A DNA stretch of 64,000 nt from Octopus vulgaris (Eukaryota). The position numbers and the translations under genes are program-made. Location of the stretch: assembly GCA_951406725.2 (NCBI GenBank), contig OX597827.1, forward strand, positions 57,412,001 through 57,476,000, read 5' to 3'. Below the pieces are notes generated by a model. The model did not search any database. It was not told the DNA's origin and worked only from the letters and a program-made list of their open reading frames with translations. Below, one piece after another: positions 39,986 through 54,854 of this stretch (position 1 is its first letter; the number at the start of each line of letters is the position of its first letter).

Positions 39986-40975
39986 CCTTAACCACTACGC
40001 TATACGATAATGCATGATGAGAAAACTTTTCTTGGAGTATGCTTTTTTGAACGGACCAATGAAAACTCAGTAGAGGGAGGTAAAATAAAGGAGGTCATGA
40101 GGTTTATGACGTAGAATGGCTGATTCTACGTCATAGAGTCAGTCATTTTGTTGATGCATAATTAACAGCCACTGTTTCAGTTTCAAATCTGTTGCGGTTG
40201 GATAAGCATTATGTTATTTCCTAACCTTGTTTACAATGTCAAGTGATAGTGACTTAAGTAGTACTTCACTGTTTTGAATCTAAGCTAATCCGGATGTTCC
40301 TGCATTAACTGGTAAAAATAATGGGTTTATTACTTTATTCAAAGAAATTATATACTTAGCTATCTAGTATATATACATGCATACAGTGGCCTCTTTTCTG
40401 TTTCCATCACCACTCACTAGGCTTTTGTCGGTCCAACGCTATAGCAGAAGACACTTTCCCAAGGTGTCATGTTGTGGGACTGAACCTCGAACCATGTAGC
40501 TGGAAAGCAAATCTTTTTTCCCCACAGCCGCGCCCATCAGTGGTTTCTTTCAAAATAAACTGCTATTTTTATCAGGTCCAATGACCATGCTAAAGCTTCA
40601 TCGTCGTTGTAATTCGGCCATCGTTCGCTGGTACATCTAGTCGCTGTCGAAACGTCTTTTAACGCTTGTTTGCGTTCTTTAAAATAGTATTTGCAGATTT
40701 CTGAGACGAGACGAACTTTGACAAGTGGAGAACACTCACAGAAAAGCCAAAGACCGGAAAAAACCTATCAATATTCTTCGAACCAGGTATAACTCAACTT
40801 TATGTACTTGTAATTCGATAGCGTTAACAATGCTCCCACCACCACCACATACACACACAACACACTCACACATATATACAGATAAATACACACACACACA
40901 CACAACATACACCAATGTGTATTAATATATATGTATATATGTACATACACGCATATACACTTATTTATATATATA

Positions 40976-41067
<92 letters not shown>

Positions 41068-41082
41068 CACATATACATTTAT

Positions 41083-41132
<50 letters not shown>

Positions 41133-41191
41133 TTATATGCATAGATATCTATATATATGCATGTACATATATGAATATATATATATATACG

Positions 41192-41223
<32 letters not shown>

Positions 41224-41699
41224 TGTATGTATGTATGTATGTATGTATGTGTCTATTTCTATCTATCTACGAATCTCTCTCTTTCTCTCTCTGTATATGT
41301 GTATGTGTGTGTGCGTGTGTATGTGAGTGTATGTGTGTGAAGCGTTAAGAATATACATATACAGATATATGGATGTGTGTGAATGAGCATGCAGGTAAAT
41401 ACGTAACCAGTCATGCAGACATATGTGTGTGCAAGTATATGTACGTATTTGTGCATGTGTGTGTGTGTGTGTGTGTGTGCATATCTATGCGTGTATATGT
41501 GTGTACGTATGCGTATGTGTATGTGTGAGGAGGTGAAGATTGCTGATTTGATGCTGTTAATAACCAGTGAAAGCCAAATGTTATATCACAGTTCATAATC
41601 CGTTATTCGCTCTCCTTGATATATCTACATTATCAGAGTATGTATTTGTGTGTATGAACGTGTGTGTGTGCGTGCGTGCGTACATGTGTATGTGTGTGG

Positions 41700-41734
<35 letters not shown>

Positions 41735-41835
41735 GTTATATGGATGCACACGTCTTTATATCTGATGTTATGTATTTGACTTATATAAGCAGAATATTAT
41801 TCATTGCGTTGCCATTATAGTTTACAATTGGGAAA

Positions 41836-41903
<68 letters not shown>

Positions 41904-42054
41904 GGATGTCCACTCTGAATGTGTTGGCCACCGCAGATTTTCATCTCGCTGCTGGTTACATAAAACGAAATGTCCCGGAAATGTGTGAGAAGAACAAACT
42001 GCTCTTCGGTATTATCGTTTCAGCATTGCTTATATATCTTGCAACGGTTGCCAC

Positions 42055-42091
42055 CGATGATGATGATGATGACGATGATGATGATGATGAC

Positions 42092-42156
<65 letters not shown>

Positions 42157-42243
42157 CGATGACGATGATGATGATGGTGGTGGTGGTGGTGGTGGTGGTG
42201 GTGGTGGTGGTGGTGGTGGTGGTGGTGGTGGTGATGGTTGTGG

Positions 42244-42291
<48 letters not shown>

Positions 42292-42351
42292 CCACGATGA
42301 CGATGATGATGATGACGATGATGATGATGATGACGATGATGATGACGATGA

Positions 42352-42385
<34 letters not shown>

Positions 42386-42411
42386 GGTGGTGGTGGTGGT
42401 GATGGCGGTGG

Positions 42412-42453
<42 letters not shown>

Positions 42454-42595
42454 CGACGATGTCGAGGATGAAGCGGAGGAGGAAGCGGAGAAGGATAGTT
42501 TTGATGATGGTGATGGTGGTGGTGGTGGTAGTGGTGGCGACGGTGGTATTGGTGATGGCTACGACAGCGACGACGATGACGACAATGATGACGAT
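42055..42595. repeat. Compound (GAT/GAC)n(GGT)n microsatellite with higher-order periodicity
   Basis: Alternating GAT and GGT blocks read directly. Confidence 0.95.
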
Positions 42596-43064
42596 ACCTC
42601 GATATTACTTTTTGCTATTTACTTACCTGTTTATGCGCCATACCTCCATTTTGTCCGGTCTGTTGATCGTTAACAGGAAAAGTTGCAGCCTGTTTACTAT
42701 TTGAACTGAAACTGGGGAGGATCTCGTCATGGCGCCTAAAAGTATCCCTTTGTAGTTTCGTTTTTGACTAGATGCACCGGAAGGACTTATGACAGCGGGG
42801 CTGATCTCTGTCTCTGTCTGTCTGTCCATCTGTCTGTGTCTGTCTGTCAGTCTGTCTGTAAGTCTGTATCTCTCTCGCTCTCTTTTTCTCTCTCTCTCTC
42901 TCTCTATCAATTTCCTCTCTGTTTTTGTCATCTTCCACTTTCTTTCCCTCTCAATTCTCTTTGTCTCGTCTCCCTCTCTCCCTTTCCTTCTCTCTTTCTT
43001 TCCCTTTCCCTCCCTCTCTCTCTTTCTCTCCCTCTCTCCCTTTCCTTCTCTCTTTCTTTCCCTT

Positions 43065-43100
<36 letters not shown>

Positions 43101-43374
43101 CCTCTCTCTCTCTTCCACCTCTCTCTTAATATCTCGCACTCGCGAATTTTGACCATACTGAAAACCGTTATGGCTGTTACCTTGTTCAAGCCATAAAAAG
43201 AAAGAAAAGTTGACATCTCTATACTTCTGCATTACAAAGGATGTCTCCCTTTAATATATCTTTCCCACTTGTACGATATGAATAAAAACTATAAATGCTG
43301 ACTAAATAGATTATATGTATATTACATATCTATATCTTTCTATCTATTTATCTGTCTGTCTATCTATCTATCTA

Positions 43375-43409
<35 letters not shown>

Positions 43410-43413
<4 letters not shown>

Positions 43414-43792
43414 CAGTATCGCCCGGCGTTGCTCGGGTTTGTAAGGGAAATAACTATATAAACATTTTTAGAGATGTAAAGTATAATAGCCATCTCAGTA
43501 TGGCTAACCACAAAGGGGTGGTGTTACTGTAGCTTTTTACGTTCTGAGATTTAATAATAAATTTTTAGAGAGTTGCTTCCCTTATATATGCCAAAAATGC
43601 ATTAAAAATGGGAAAAATTGATGGTAATTTTTTTTTTAATCGTAGACTCATCGTAGACCCAGAAGGGCTCGATATGAATCACGACTATAAGATACCCGGT
43701 TTTGGTTAAACTGCACCGCAAAATGTGGGAGTAGTTATGAATCTAAATTGTAGGAGACAGACAGCACACAACCTTACTTTTATATATAAAGA
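43410..43792 (-). mobile_element. Non-autonomous Helitron
   Basis: Minus strand A|TCTTTATATATAAAAG start, hairpin CCCGAGCAACGCCGGG, ends ..CTGCTA in (TA)n; body matches 7875-8085. Confidence 0.85.
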
Positions 43793-43809
43793 TATATAAT
43801 TAAGTTGAA

Positions 43810-44090
43810 TTAGGTACTTGGCTGACAGACAGATCCGTCCAGCAGCTGTTCAACATAACCCCACAAGTCAGCAATGCCCGGACTTTGGACGAGAGCGTGC
43901 AGGGCGGTTTCGTCACTCTGCGCGCACCTTGGACAAGTCCATCTGACAGCATATTCGTGCCTGTAGAGTTTATCTCGAACCGGTAGCACCCCCTGGTAGC
44001 ACTGCCAGGCCAAGGACATTTGGAAATTATCCATCATAGTTCCCGACCGGAAGTCCTCCGGAACAGACAAGCCAGTTCGTCCTCAAGGTA
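43810..44090 (-). mobile_element. L1/Tx1-type LINE ORF2 zinc-knuckle fragment
   Basis: SLAWQCYQGVLPVRDKLYRH..CPRCAQSDETALHALVQS (zf-RVT-like CxxC..ET..H). Confidence 0.75.
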
Positions 44091-44225
44091 CCAAAAAAAA
44101 AAGACTATGCACCAGGTAGGGTTGGATAAACCTGTGGTTGCCAGCTATCAGTAGGATATTCAGGTTGTGCACACAAAGAAATCCGCCCTTACGAGTATTA
44201 AGTGCCTAGGGGCTGGTCCAAAGTA

Positions 44226-44745
44226 CCGTAAATCCTCGAGTATAGTCCGCACTTGAGTATAATACGCAGGGAATTTTTAGGAGGCTGTAACTCTGAAAAA
44301 CCTAAATACTTGTGTATAATACGCACCCCTTCTCTAACTTGAGTCAAGGAGGTCTATATAACGTCCTTGGTTTGTAAAAATGTATACGGTAACGTCCTTT
44401 ATTATTATTGTATATATAACATAATGCAAAAGTGTAGCTTTTTTGTGCATTTTATTTGCAGAAAATAAAGAAATAACAGTAATAACGTTTAATAAATGTT
44501 GCTTACTGCATGTTATGTATGATTCTTTTATGACTTCATTGCTTTCAGGCTTAGTTTAAGGTATTTTCGCGCCCGACATCACAAAATGCGTCTGAATAAA
44601 CATTGCCGGGCAGCAAATAGAGACTCAGACGTTGGACATTGGTTAGAAAATAATTTTCATTTTTAACCTCGTATATAGTACGCACTAGGGATTTTGACCG
44701 TTAAATTTTTGGAAAAGAGTGCGGATTATACTCGAGGATTTACGG
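44226..44745. mobile_element. Tc1/mariner-superfamily (Tc2-like) MITE
   Basis: 28-bp TIRs CCGTAAATCCTCGAGTATA(G/A)TCCGCACT with one mismatch; TA on both sides; no ORF. Confidence 0.9.
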
Positions 44746-44817
44746 TACACGTTGTTTTGATCGTTTATCCATCGTCTGTTTTTGTTCGTTTGCTGATATA
44801 TGTGTGTGTGTGTGTGA

Positions 44818-44849
<32 letters not shown>

Positions 44850-44884
44850 CTGTCTGTCTGTCTGTCTGTAAGTATGTATGTATA

Positions 44885-45079
44885 TATTTAGGTGTGTGTC
44901 TTTGTGTCTGTATTTATACCCCCGCCCGTCATCCCTTGACAACCGATGTTGATGTGTTTACGTCCCCCGTGACTTAGCGATTCAGCAAAATAAGTCCTAG
45001 GCTTACAAGGAAAAACCATTTAAGGCGTTGCTCCAGCATGGCCGCAGTCAAATGACAAACAAATAGAAGAATAAAAGAA
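44885..45079 (+). mobile_element. SINE family C, 3' half
   Basis: CTTGACAACCGATG..CTCCAGCATGGCCGCAGTCAAATGAC. Confidence 0.75.
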
Positions 45080-45513
45080 TGTGTTGCGCGCGCGCGTGTG
45101 TATTCACATTCCCCTCTTTGGTCCGTGTATCAGTCTACAAGTAGATTCAAACAGACCTTGTAATAACCCACTTGAGATTGAATAACGTCGTAAACATTGA
45201 TATTTAGCAGCTGCTGGGATTTTGAATTGTATTCTTGCTTCGGCTACAGGAGTTTGCTTCATAAAATAGAGCTTAATTGTCTTAGAACAATGTCAACCTT
45301 CGTGCAAACTAGCATCTAGTATCTAGGGATATTAAATTAGTTCTCGTTATAATGATGTATCCATGTATTCGGTAAAATGGGATGTGCTTGTGCAATTGTC
45401 TATAAGTGTTACCTATAAACTTGTGCCATCATATAACCAATAGTCTACACACAAACACACACACACACACACACACATGTGTGTAAACTATGGGTTATAT
45501 GATATATAAGATG

Positions 45514-45566
<53 letters not shown>

Positions 45567-45634
45567 GTATATATATATATACATATATATACATATATAT
45601 ATGTACACACACACATATATATATACACATATAT

Positions 45635-45751
<117 letters not shown>

Positions 45752-46188
45752 TATACACATAAAACTAATTTTTAAACATTGAATGGCTATTAGGGCCTAC
45801 CAGAATGAAATAGTAATCAACGGGGTCTATAGATAAGAATAAATGGTTGAGAACCATTGATTTAAACTTTGACTTGACAATACATATATATATACATTCT
45901 TTAATATGTTCGCCCTATTAAGTTTAATAAAAATGTTCACCTAGAAATGAAAAGTGTTCGCCTTGACTCGGTATTAGCAAAACTTTACGTCAACTAGACT
46001 ATTCTCTTTTGTGCAAACAGAAATGTTATTAATCATTTGACTTCTTCACGAGTTTGGTTGGTCTTTTTTCGGTTTGAGACCAGCTAACAAATGCTTAGAA
46101 GTATGAAACTTTAAGTTATTGGCGCTTAAACTGTCAGACCTTCACAGTAACTAATACACAAATATAGATAGCTAGCTAGCTAGCTAGC

Positions 46189-46274
<86 letters not shown>

Positions 46275-47120
46275 TTCATTACTAGGACATGCTTTCTGGG
46301 TACTAAGCTTTTGCTTTACATATTTCTATTTTTGCAGCCCCCATGATCAATTTCATACTTTCGATGGCTTTGGATAGCTGTCATCAGCCAATGTTACTCA
46401 GCCTAAATGTGTTTTGTATTGCGCAATGGGTTTCATAGAAGCCTTCTACATTCCTTGTCGGGCGACGAGTGGGAGTCTTACTTGTCACCGCTAATAGTCA
46501 GACATAGACTTTACAATTATTTGCGGATCACTTTTCTAAATTGCATAAATCTTATGAAGTTTATTCAACGGTTTTAAAGTTTGTAGTTTATTAATAAGAA
46601 TAATTTTAATTTGTGTGTTTATATATCGTTATTTATAATAGCTACAATATTAATGCTAGTCTGTCACCATTACTATAATAAAAAGAAAATTTGCTTACTC
46701 ATTTATTTGGATTATGTAGTTTTTACCAAAGGAAAGCTATTATTAAATTGTTTAGAACATTTCATAAAGTCCAATTTTAATATGTTTTTATCAAAATGCA
46801 GTTTTCAAATTTCTTTTATCATTCAATATTTCAAGTACGCGCTTCAATGACAAATCTAATTTGTATTCACTGCGACATTTTTATTCGATGAGAAATAGGA
46901 TGTCTTAACGTCTGTTTATACTTTTGGAAAGGTAAATACTGATCAAATATTTGTGACACTACTTTCCACAAATTTTCAACTTTAATCCAGTGTCAGCCAA
47001 TTTATACTGATACCTGTATCCTTTCATTTTTGTTGGGAGTTATTGAATAAATAGAAATCTAAATAGGAAAACCAGCTTTAATTTTTCGTCAATTAAAACA
47101 AATAAAACATAAAACATAAA

Positions 47121-47265
47121 AGACAGAGAGACAAACAGACAGACAGACAAACAGACAAACAGACAGACAGGCATACAGACAGACAGGCAGAGAGATAGAC
47201 AGATAGACAGACAGACAAACAGACAGGCAGACAAACAGACAGACAGACGGACGGACGGACGGACG

Positions 47266-47312
<47 letters not shown>

Positions 47313-47325
47313 GGACGGACGGACG

Positions 47326-47380
<55 letters not shown>

Positions 47381-47414
47381 GGACGGACGGACGGACGGAC
47401 GGACGGACAGACGG

Positions 47415-47449
<35 letters not shown>

Positions 47450-47494
47450 GACGGACGGACGGACGGACGGACGGACGGACAGACGGACAGATGG

Positions 47495-47527
<33 letters not shown>

Positions 47528-47531
47528 TAGA
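47121..47531. repeat. (GACA)n/(GACG)n tetranucleotide array
   Basis: Direct reading. Confidence 0.95.
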
Positions 47532-48171
47532 TATGCACATTTCGAATTATGTCCAGCCAATGAAAGAGGAGTGCAATTAATGTCTATATGAGTATCAGTA
47601 TAAAAATCGGTGTGTTGAACAAAAATATCTTTTTATCATTTTAGGTGTTGAGCAACGTATAGTCACTGCCCGTTCACATTGAAAGGTGAAATTCGCCGTT
47701 TAATAAATAGGGGTCGATTATACGAAGTGCTGGTGTGGATATAAAGAATTAAAGCCCTTGAAGGTGATGCTCCAGCATGGCTGGCCGCAGTTCAATGACT
47801 GAAACAAGTAAAAGAATTAAAGAAAGTGCGTTTGTGTGAATGTGTGAATGTATGTGTGTGTGTGTGTGTGTGTGTGTCTCTGTGTGTGTGTGTGTGTGTG
47901 TGTGTGCATGTATTGATGTATATACATACATATATATATTATGTTTACATATGTATATATAAATAAATATAAATACATATATGCATATGAAAGCTAAATG
48001 TAAAGCACACATTCACTCTCTGTTTATTTCCTTGTGTTCCATTCTGTTCAAGAAGTGGGCTGAAAACGTAAAAGATTTTCTCACCTTCCCGAGCATCAAA
48101 CTAATACACCTTCTTGTTGTTTATACACCTGTCTTAGTCGTTTGTTTTTCTGTAAATATCAACTATATATA

Positions 48172-48266
<95 letters not shown>

Positions 48267-48344
48267 GCATACATACATATATTATGTATATATGTATAAG
48301 TATGCATATATATGCACACACATATATGTATACACACGCACATA

Positions 48345-49595
48345 TTGGGTCATCACATAAATAATGCAGTTTTTGCAATTGAATGAACTAACGGTTGGAG
48401 AGGGATGGGATAAACTACCTGCATCAACTTGCTATAAAAGCAAATAGTAATTTTACCTTATCCTTATTCTTAGTACAAGTTTTGGAGAGTGCAGTTCGGT
48501 TTTAACGGTTATTTTTCAAAGCTATAATGGAAGTGACAAAGGAGCATATTCGGCATATTTTGCTTTCTGAGTTCAATAAAGGCAACAACGCAACGGAAAG
48601 TGCAAGGAATATTAATCCAGTATGTGGGAATCGGACACTAAGCGTAAGCCAGTGTCAATGGTGGTTCCAGAAATTCCGAACCGAAAACTACAGCCTAGAA
48701 GACGAGTCTCGTACTGGAAGATTTGTAGAGCTCCAAGAGGACGTCCTACAAACACTGGTGGAACAAAATTCCATCGTAATTGTTGAGGAACCATCAGAGA
48801 AGCTTGGATTTCGTCATTCAACCATTCATCGATACCTGTGAACTATCGAAATAGTCAGCAAATTGGTTTGATAGGTTCCTCACAAACTTTCCGTGTTTAA
48901 TCGTGCGCAGAGAGTGAATGTGTGCTTCTCTTTGCTGTCACGTCTCACGAATGAACCTTTTTTGGACCGAAAAGTGACTGGTGACGAGAAATGGGTTCCC
49001 TATAAAAATGTCAAGCGCTGAAGACAGTGGGTAGGGAAAGGAGAAACACCGGCACCCCAGGGTAAAGAGGGTCTTCACCAATGTAAGATTTTGGTATCTG
49101 TTTGGCGGGATATGAAAGGTTTAGTCCACTTTGAACTTTTAAGCCCAACCGAAACGATAACAAAGGAGATCTACTGCGAACAGTTGCGCGTCTGAAGTCA
49201 GCGCAAGAAGAAAAATGACCATCTTTGGTTTCAAAACGAGTGGTGTTCTTTCATCAAGATAATGCTCGATCACATACAGCAAGGATGACATTCCAAAGGC
49301 AGGAGCAGTTTGCATGGGAAACGATGCCCCACTTATCATAATCGCTAGACATTGTCCCATCTGATTATCATTTTTCCCCAGTCTTCTAAAATATGAATTC
49401 TGTAGAGAAGGTGAGAACAGCACTGGAGGAGTATATTTCATCACGGACAAGAGGGGCCTTGTAAATCTACCAGATAGATGGAAGAATATTGTAGAAAATG
49501 AAGGAGAGTATATTTTAGATTAAAAAATAACTTTGTTTATCTTAATTCTGAAAAATAAAAGATGTATAAAAAAATTTATTTATGGGATGACCTAA
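48345..49595 (+). mobile_element. Full-length decayed mariner (1251 bp)
   Basis: TIRs TTGGGTCATCACATAAATAA / TTATTTATGGGATGACCTAA with TA flanks; encloses a transposase pseudogene. Confidence 0.92.
48527..49523 (+). pseudogene. Mariner transposase pseudogene
   Basis: MEVTKEHIRHILL..WFQKFR..LEDESRTGR, VPHKL, VTGDEKWV, HQDNARSH, PSDYH, ENEGEYILD*; stops and frameshifts. Confidence 0.9.
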
Positions 49596-49707
49596 TATAT
49601 ATAAATGCATCAATGAACGTATTCATATACGTACGACGTACATATATACATATATATATATATATATATTTCTCTCTTTTTTTCTCTCCTTGTTTCTTTC
49701 TGAGTTC

Positions 49708-49743
49708 CTTTCTGTAGAAGAGCGTAGGCTCGAAACGTAAAAG
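49708..49743 (+). ncRNA. Degenerate minimal hammerhead motif
   Basis: CTTT-CTGTAGA-A-GAGC(GTAG)GCTC-GAAAC-GTA-AAAG; one core mismatch. Confidence 0.55.
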
Positions 49744-49816
49744 ACTTCTTCAATTCCTGAGCGTTATACTAATACATCTGTTTGTTTTTGTTTTTTTCGT
49801 GAATTCTCCCTATATA

Positions 49817-50349
<533 letters not shown>

Positions 50350-50402
50350 TGTAGTAAGCATATATACATATACATATATACATAAATTTAAATATGTATA
50401 TA

Positions 50403-50774
50403 TCTCTCTATATATAAACGGCAGTTTGTCTGTGCGTGTTTCTGTGTGTCTGTTTGCTTGTACCCTCACCCTGACCACGGCTTTCAACCGATTCTGATGA
50501 AACTTGACACACACATAGCCCAATGTCATAATTCAAAACTAACGCAGCGAAAATTTTGAAAAGTTCCCCCAGTTCTGAAAAAAATCGATAAAATCGACAT
50601 GGGGTCGAGAATCAGAAACAAACCACAGACTGTCTAGGGGACGCAACTCAACCTTTTTTTAACTCAAAAAAAAATTTACCATCATTTTTTTGCTATATTT
50701 TGGCTATAACTCTCTAAAAATGCTTTATAGTTATTTCCCTTACAAACCTGAGCAACGCCGGGCGATACTGCTAG
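50403..50774 (+). mobile_element. Non-autonomous Helitron
   Basis: A|TCTCTCTATATATAAACGG start; CCTGAGCAACGCCGGGCGATACTG-CTAG|T end. Confidence 0.88.
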
Positions 50775-50900
50775 TATATACATATATATACACATATGTA
50801 TATACACATATACATACATATATATATATATACATTCACACATATATATATATATATATACATACACACACACATACCCAGACACACATTTATGTATCTA

Positions 50901-51339
50901 CTAGCAGCATAGTCCGGCGTTACCCGGGTATGTAAGAGCCCCTAGTAGGCAACGGCTAATCCCAATCGGGTCCTTTCTCTCTAGGGAACGAAGGCGCATG
51001 TGTAGGTTGCAATGTATTCTCTTCACTCGAATACTTCTGTGTATACGATGTTCCTAGCTGTCCCTTTGGGCGATAAAAAGGTCGTGTTGTGTCCCCTAGA
51101 CAGAAAATGTGTTGCATATAAAAAGCTTAGATTCTCGACCCCATGTCGAATTTATCGATTTTTTCAGAACTGGGGGAACTTTTCAAAATTTTCGCTGCGT
51201 CAGTTTTGAATTATGACATTGGGCTATGTGTGTGTCAAGTTTCATCAGAATCGGTTGAAAGCCGTGGTCAGGGTGAGGGTACAACCTGACAGACACACAG
51301 ACACACAGACAGACAAACTGCCGTTTATATATAGAGAGA
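50901..51339 (-). mobile_element. Non-autonomous Helitron
   Basis: Same 5' ~230 bp as the 50403 copy in reverse; hairpin CCCGGGTAACGCCGG and CTAG|T end on the minus strand. Confidence 0.88.
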
Positions 51340-52299
51340 TATAATGTAACCATCTAAGTATACACGTAGGCGTACTTACGTTTGTATGCATGTATGTATA
51401 TATCTATCTTCGTGGGTATGTATGCGTGTGGGTATGTATGTATGTATGTATGTATGTATGTATGTATGTATGTATGTATGTATGTGGGTATGTATGTATA
51501 AGAGTATGTATGCATGTGCGCATGCCTGTGTGTGCGTACGTATGTACGTATGTACGTATGTACGTACGTGCGTATGTGTATATGAATGTACGTACGCATA
51601 TCTCAGCCATTAGTAGAAATACCGGAGTCGGTTTGCAGCAGCAATTCATAAAAACCATTCCATGAGATTCCGAGAAAGTGTCAAATGGAAATCTGGATTA
51701 GAGCCGCTGTCATTAGAAGAATTGGGAATTTCGATAATTCGTGTAAAGACAGAGTGAGAAAAAATCAATAATATATCGGATTGAGTGTGACACGTTCTCG
51801 AATGATTAGAGTTGTTCGGTGGGAGTACGTAAGGGCAGTGTTTCAACTGTAGGTGAGATTTAACTGGTGGAAGTTTTGTGTTACCTACGCGGAGGTTTTG
51901 TAACGTTCATACATTATGCAGTGAGCGCGCTAATGGATAGGAAAACTATTGTTTGTTTAGCCCCAGGTCGGCAGCTCTGGTGGAACAGCTTATCCAATCA
52001 GCTGTGATTTAGCTGTGTGACTACCAGGCCTAGTCTCCTTTACCTTATACTTGTTTCAGTCGTTGGACTATAGCCGTGATGGCGCAACGCTCTGAAGCGT
52101 TTAGTCGAACCAATCGACCTCCTGTAATTATTGTAAGTCTGGTATTTATTTTATTCTATAGGTCTCTTTTACCGAACCCATAAATTAAGTGGATGTCAAC
52201 AAACCAGGGCCGATTATCAAGTGGTGGTGGCGCATACACACACACACCTGTTTGTGTATATGTTTGTATGTACATATGTATGTGTATATTTATATGTGA

Positions 52300-52377
<78 letters not shown>

Positions 52378-52380
<3 letters not shown>

Positions 52381-52606
52381 CACGTGACCGACCAGGCTAT
52401 CAGATGTTGCTATACATCGCTGGTCACAATGCGCTTTGCATTGTTTTAGCCGTCAAGTGACGCCACCCCGCTGGCTAAGCGAGCAGGCCAACAGAAGAGA
52501 GAGTGAAAGTTGCTCAATAAACACACACAACGCCCGGTCTAGGAATCGAAACCGCGATCCTACGACCCCGAGTCCGCTGCCCTAACCACTGGACCACTGC
52601 CTCCAC
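52378..52606 (-). mobile_element. SINE family A (tail type 3), internally deleted
   Basis: Family A head in reverse (52513-52606) joined to the tail shared with 33350-33465. Confidence 0.75.
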
Positions 52607-52802
52607 ATGTACACACACACATATATATATATATATGAGACCAAAGTGTATGTACGCCGCTATATGTATATAAAAAGGAATGCAACAAAAACGGGACAAG
52701 AACGCAAAACATCCAGACATGAAAGAAAAGGGACAAGTAAAAACAAGGATGGGTCATTTTGAGTTTTCTTTCCTCGGTCGAGTTCCAGATTATCTTTGCA
52801 AT

Positions 52803-53610
52803 TATCTTTTACTTGTTTCAGTCATTAGACTGCGGCCATATTGGAGCACTGCCTTGAAGAACTTTCAGCCAAATAAATCAGCCCCAGTACTTATTTTTAT
52901 TTTTCAAGCCTAGTACTTATTCTATTGGTCTCCTTTGCCAAACCTCTAGGTTACGGGGCACGTAAACACAGCAACATCGGTTTTGGAGTGGTGGTGGGGA
53001 CAAATACAGACACAAAGACACACACACGTACACACACACACACATGTATATATGCATATATATGACGGGTTTCTTTCAGTTTCCGTCTACCAAATCCACT
53101 GACAAGACTTTGGTCGGCCCGAGGCTATAGCAAACGCGCCACGCAGTGGGACTGAACCCATAGTCATATGGTTGGGAAGTAAACTTACTTTCTGGCCACA
53201 TGATGCTGGGTTCAGTCCTACTGCGTGGCACTTTGGGAAAGTGTCTTCTCCCAGACGAACAAAGCCTTTCGAATGGATTTCGTACACATAAACTGTATGG
53301 AGGTCCGCCATATATGTCTCTCTGTGTGCGTAAGTATGTGTGTGCGTGTGTGCGTGTGTGTATGTATGCATGTGTGTATATGTATTGCTGTGTTGCACTT
53401 GGGCCCCCACCAACCCCCAGACCTCTTCATAACCATTATTGGTTTTATTACATCACCGGAACTTAGCGGTTCGGCAAAAGAGATCGATAGGATAAGTGCC
53501 AGACTTTAAAAAGAAATAATACTGGGTTCGAGTCGCTCGACTAAGCCCTTCTAGGCGGTGCTACAGTATGGCCGCAGTCTACTGACTGAAACAAATAACT
53601 GATAAAAGAT
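52803..53610. mobile_element. Head-to-head pair of SINE family C copies
   Basis: Minus copy ~52803-53195 and plus copy ~53196-53610. Confidence 0.78.
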
Positions 53611-54503
53611 AAATTAGATTTTCAATAGAAAAGAAAGAAGAGGAGAGCGATGGAGAAATAGGGGGAGAAATACCAACACCTTCATCATCATCATCATCAT
53701 CATCATTTAACGTCTATATTTTTCCGTGTTTGCATGAGTCAGACAAAATTAGTTGAGGCAGATTTTCTGCTGTTGTATGCCCTTCCAGTCGCTAACCTTC
53801 ACACCTAAAGATCTTTTCCACGGAAGACTGGAAACGAACGACCACTTTTGTATAACGATGATGCAATTACAACCATCATGTGATGTTTAAACCAAAGTAC
53901 ACACACACACTGATATACATACGTATATACGTGCGTGTGCGTTTGTGTGTGTGGTGGAGTAGCATATTGTATACTATAATACAAATGATAGGACAAAGAA
54001 ATTCGTTAACCCATCTTTAATGATTCCTTACAATTGTTTCTATACTAATTATTCATCTCCTAACTACACTTTTATTTAGTTTTTGTTTCCTCCTGATAAA
54101 AACGAAATAATATCTGGGAGTCGCACAATGTGAAAGCACGCCTTTGGTGCTTGTCTGACGAAGTGCCACTCTAATGTCTAAAACCGCAAACATTACGTAA
54201 ATTTTCACTTCGAATTTTTTGCGTAAATTGGCGTTGCAAGCAAAGTTGGTACAGAAACAATTGTAACGAATCATTGAAGACGTGTTAGAGAATTTCTTTT
54301 TGTCTTCTTATTTCTTGGATTATAATTTACTCTCTGCAACGCCCATGTAACGGTGTTGCTGTCGTGAAACCAGGATTGTCTACACTTGAAGAATTTCGGT
54401 ATTGGTCTGGAGCCTGACTGTGTTAACAGCCCAGAAACAGATAATGAGAAACGTACAGATCTAATAACCAGGCTACAGATTTTCATTTGTTCCTTTTATA
54501 GTA

Positions 54504-54720
54504 TGAGGAGATGCTGAAAAGATTCTGGCTTTAGGTAAAAGAAAATACAGGATGATCTGTGAATTATGATTTTATTCAACATATCTTCCTCTTAGATTCA
54601 AACACATATTGCAGCGGTCCTTCAGTTTTTCTAAGCCCTGTGAAAGAACTTGGAAGTTTGGGCCTCCAACCAGGCCTTTCGAGACATCTTTAAAGCCAAG
54701 AACTTTTCAGTACCCCCTTA
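54504..54720. mobile_element. Mariner-derived MITE
   Basis: Imperfect TIRs TGAGGAGATGCTGAAAAGATTCTGGCTTTA / TAAAGCCAAGAACTTTTCAGTACCCCCTTA; TA flanks. Confidence 0.65.
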
Positions 54721-54854
54721 TAGGTACACTGGGCTATGTAAAGACATATTTACATAAAAACCAAGAAATGCTGGGTTTTCTCCAAGGAGGAACAAAGCTG
54801 TGATTCGCATTCTGCAAATACGATGGTGGGCAGAAAAGTCAATAAGGCTGTCTA

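Larger units (their letters stand above)
39398..40003 (-). mobile_element. SINE-like family E, second copy, head split by a family A SINE
   Basis: Tail matches 16881-17040; head remnant GCCCGCGCTCTTAACCACT (39577-39595) continues as CTTAACCACTACGC after the insertion. Confidence 0.75.

Noticed and set aside
41804-42704. Longest ORFs (289 and 244 aa, poly-D/G or poly-M/V)
   Set aside because: Open only because of (TG)n and (GAT)/(GGT) microsatellites; no domain or splice evidence.
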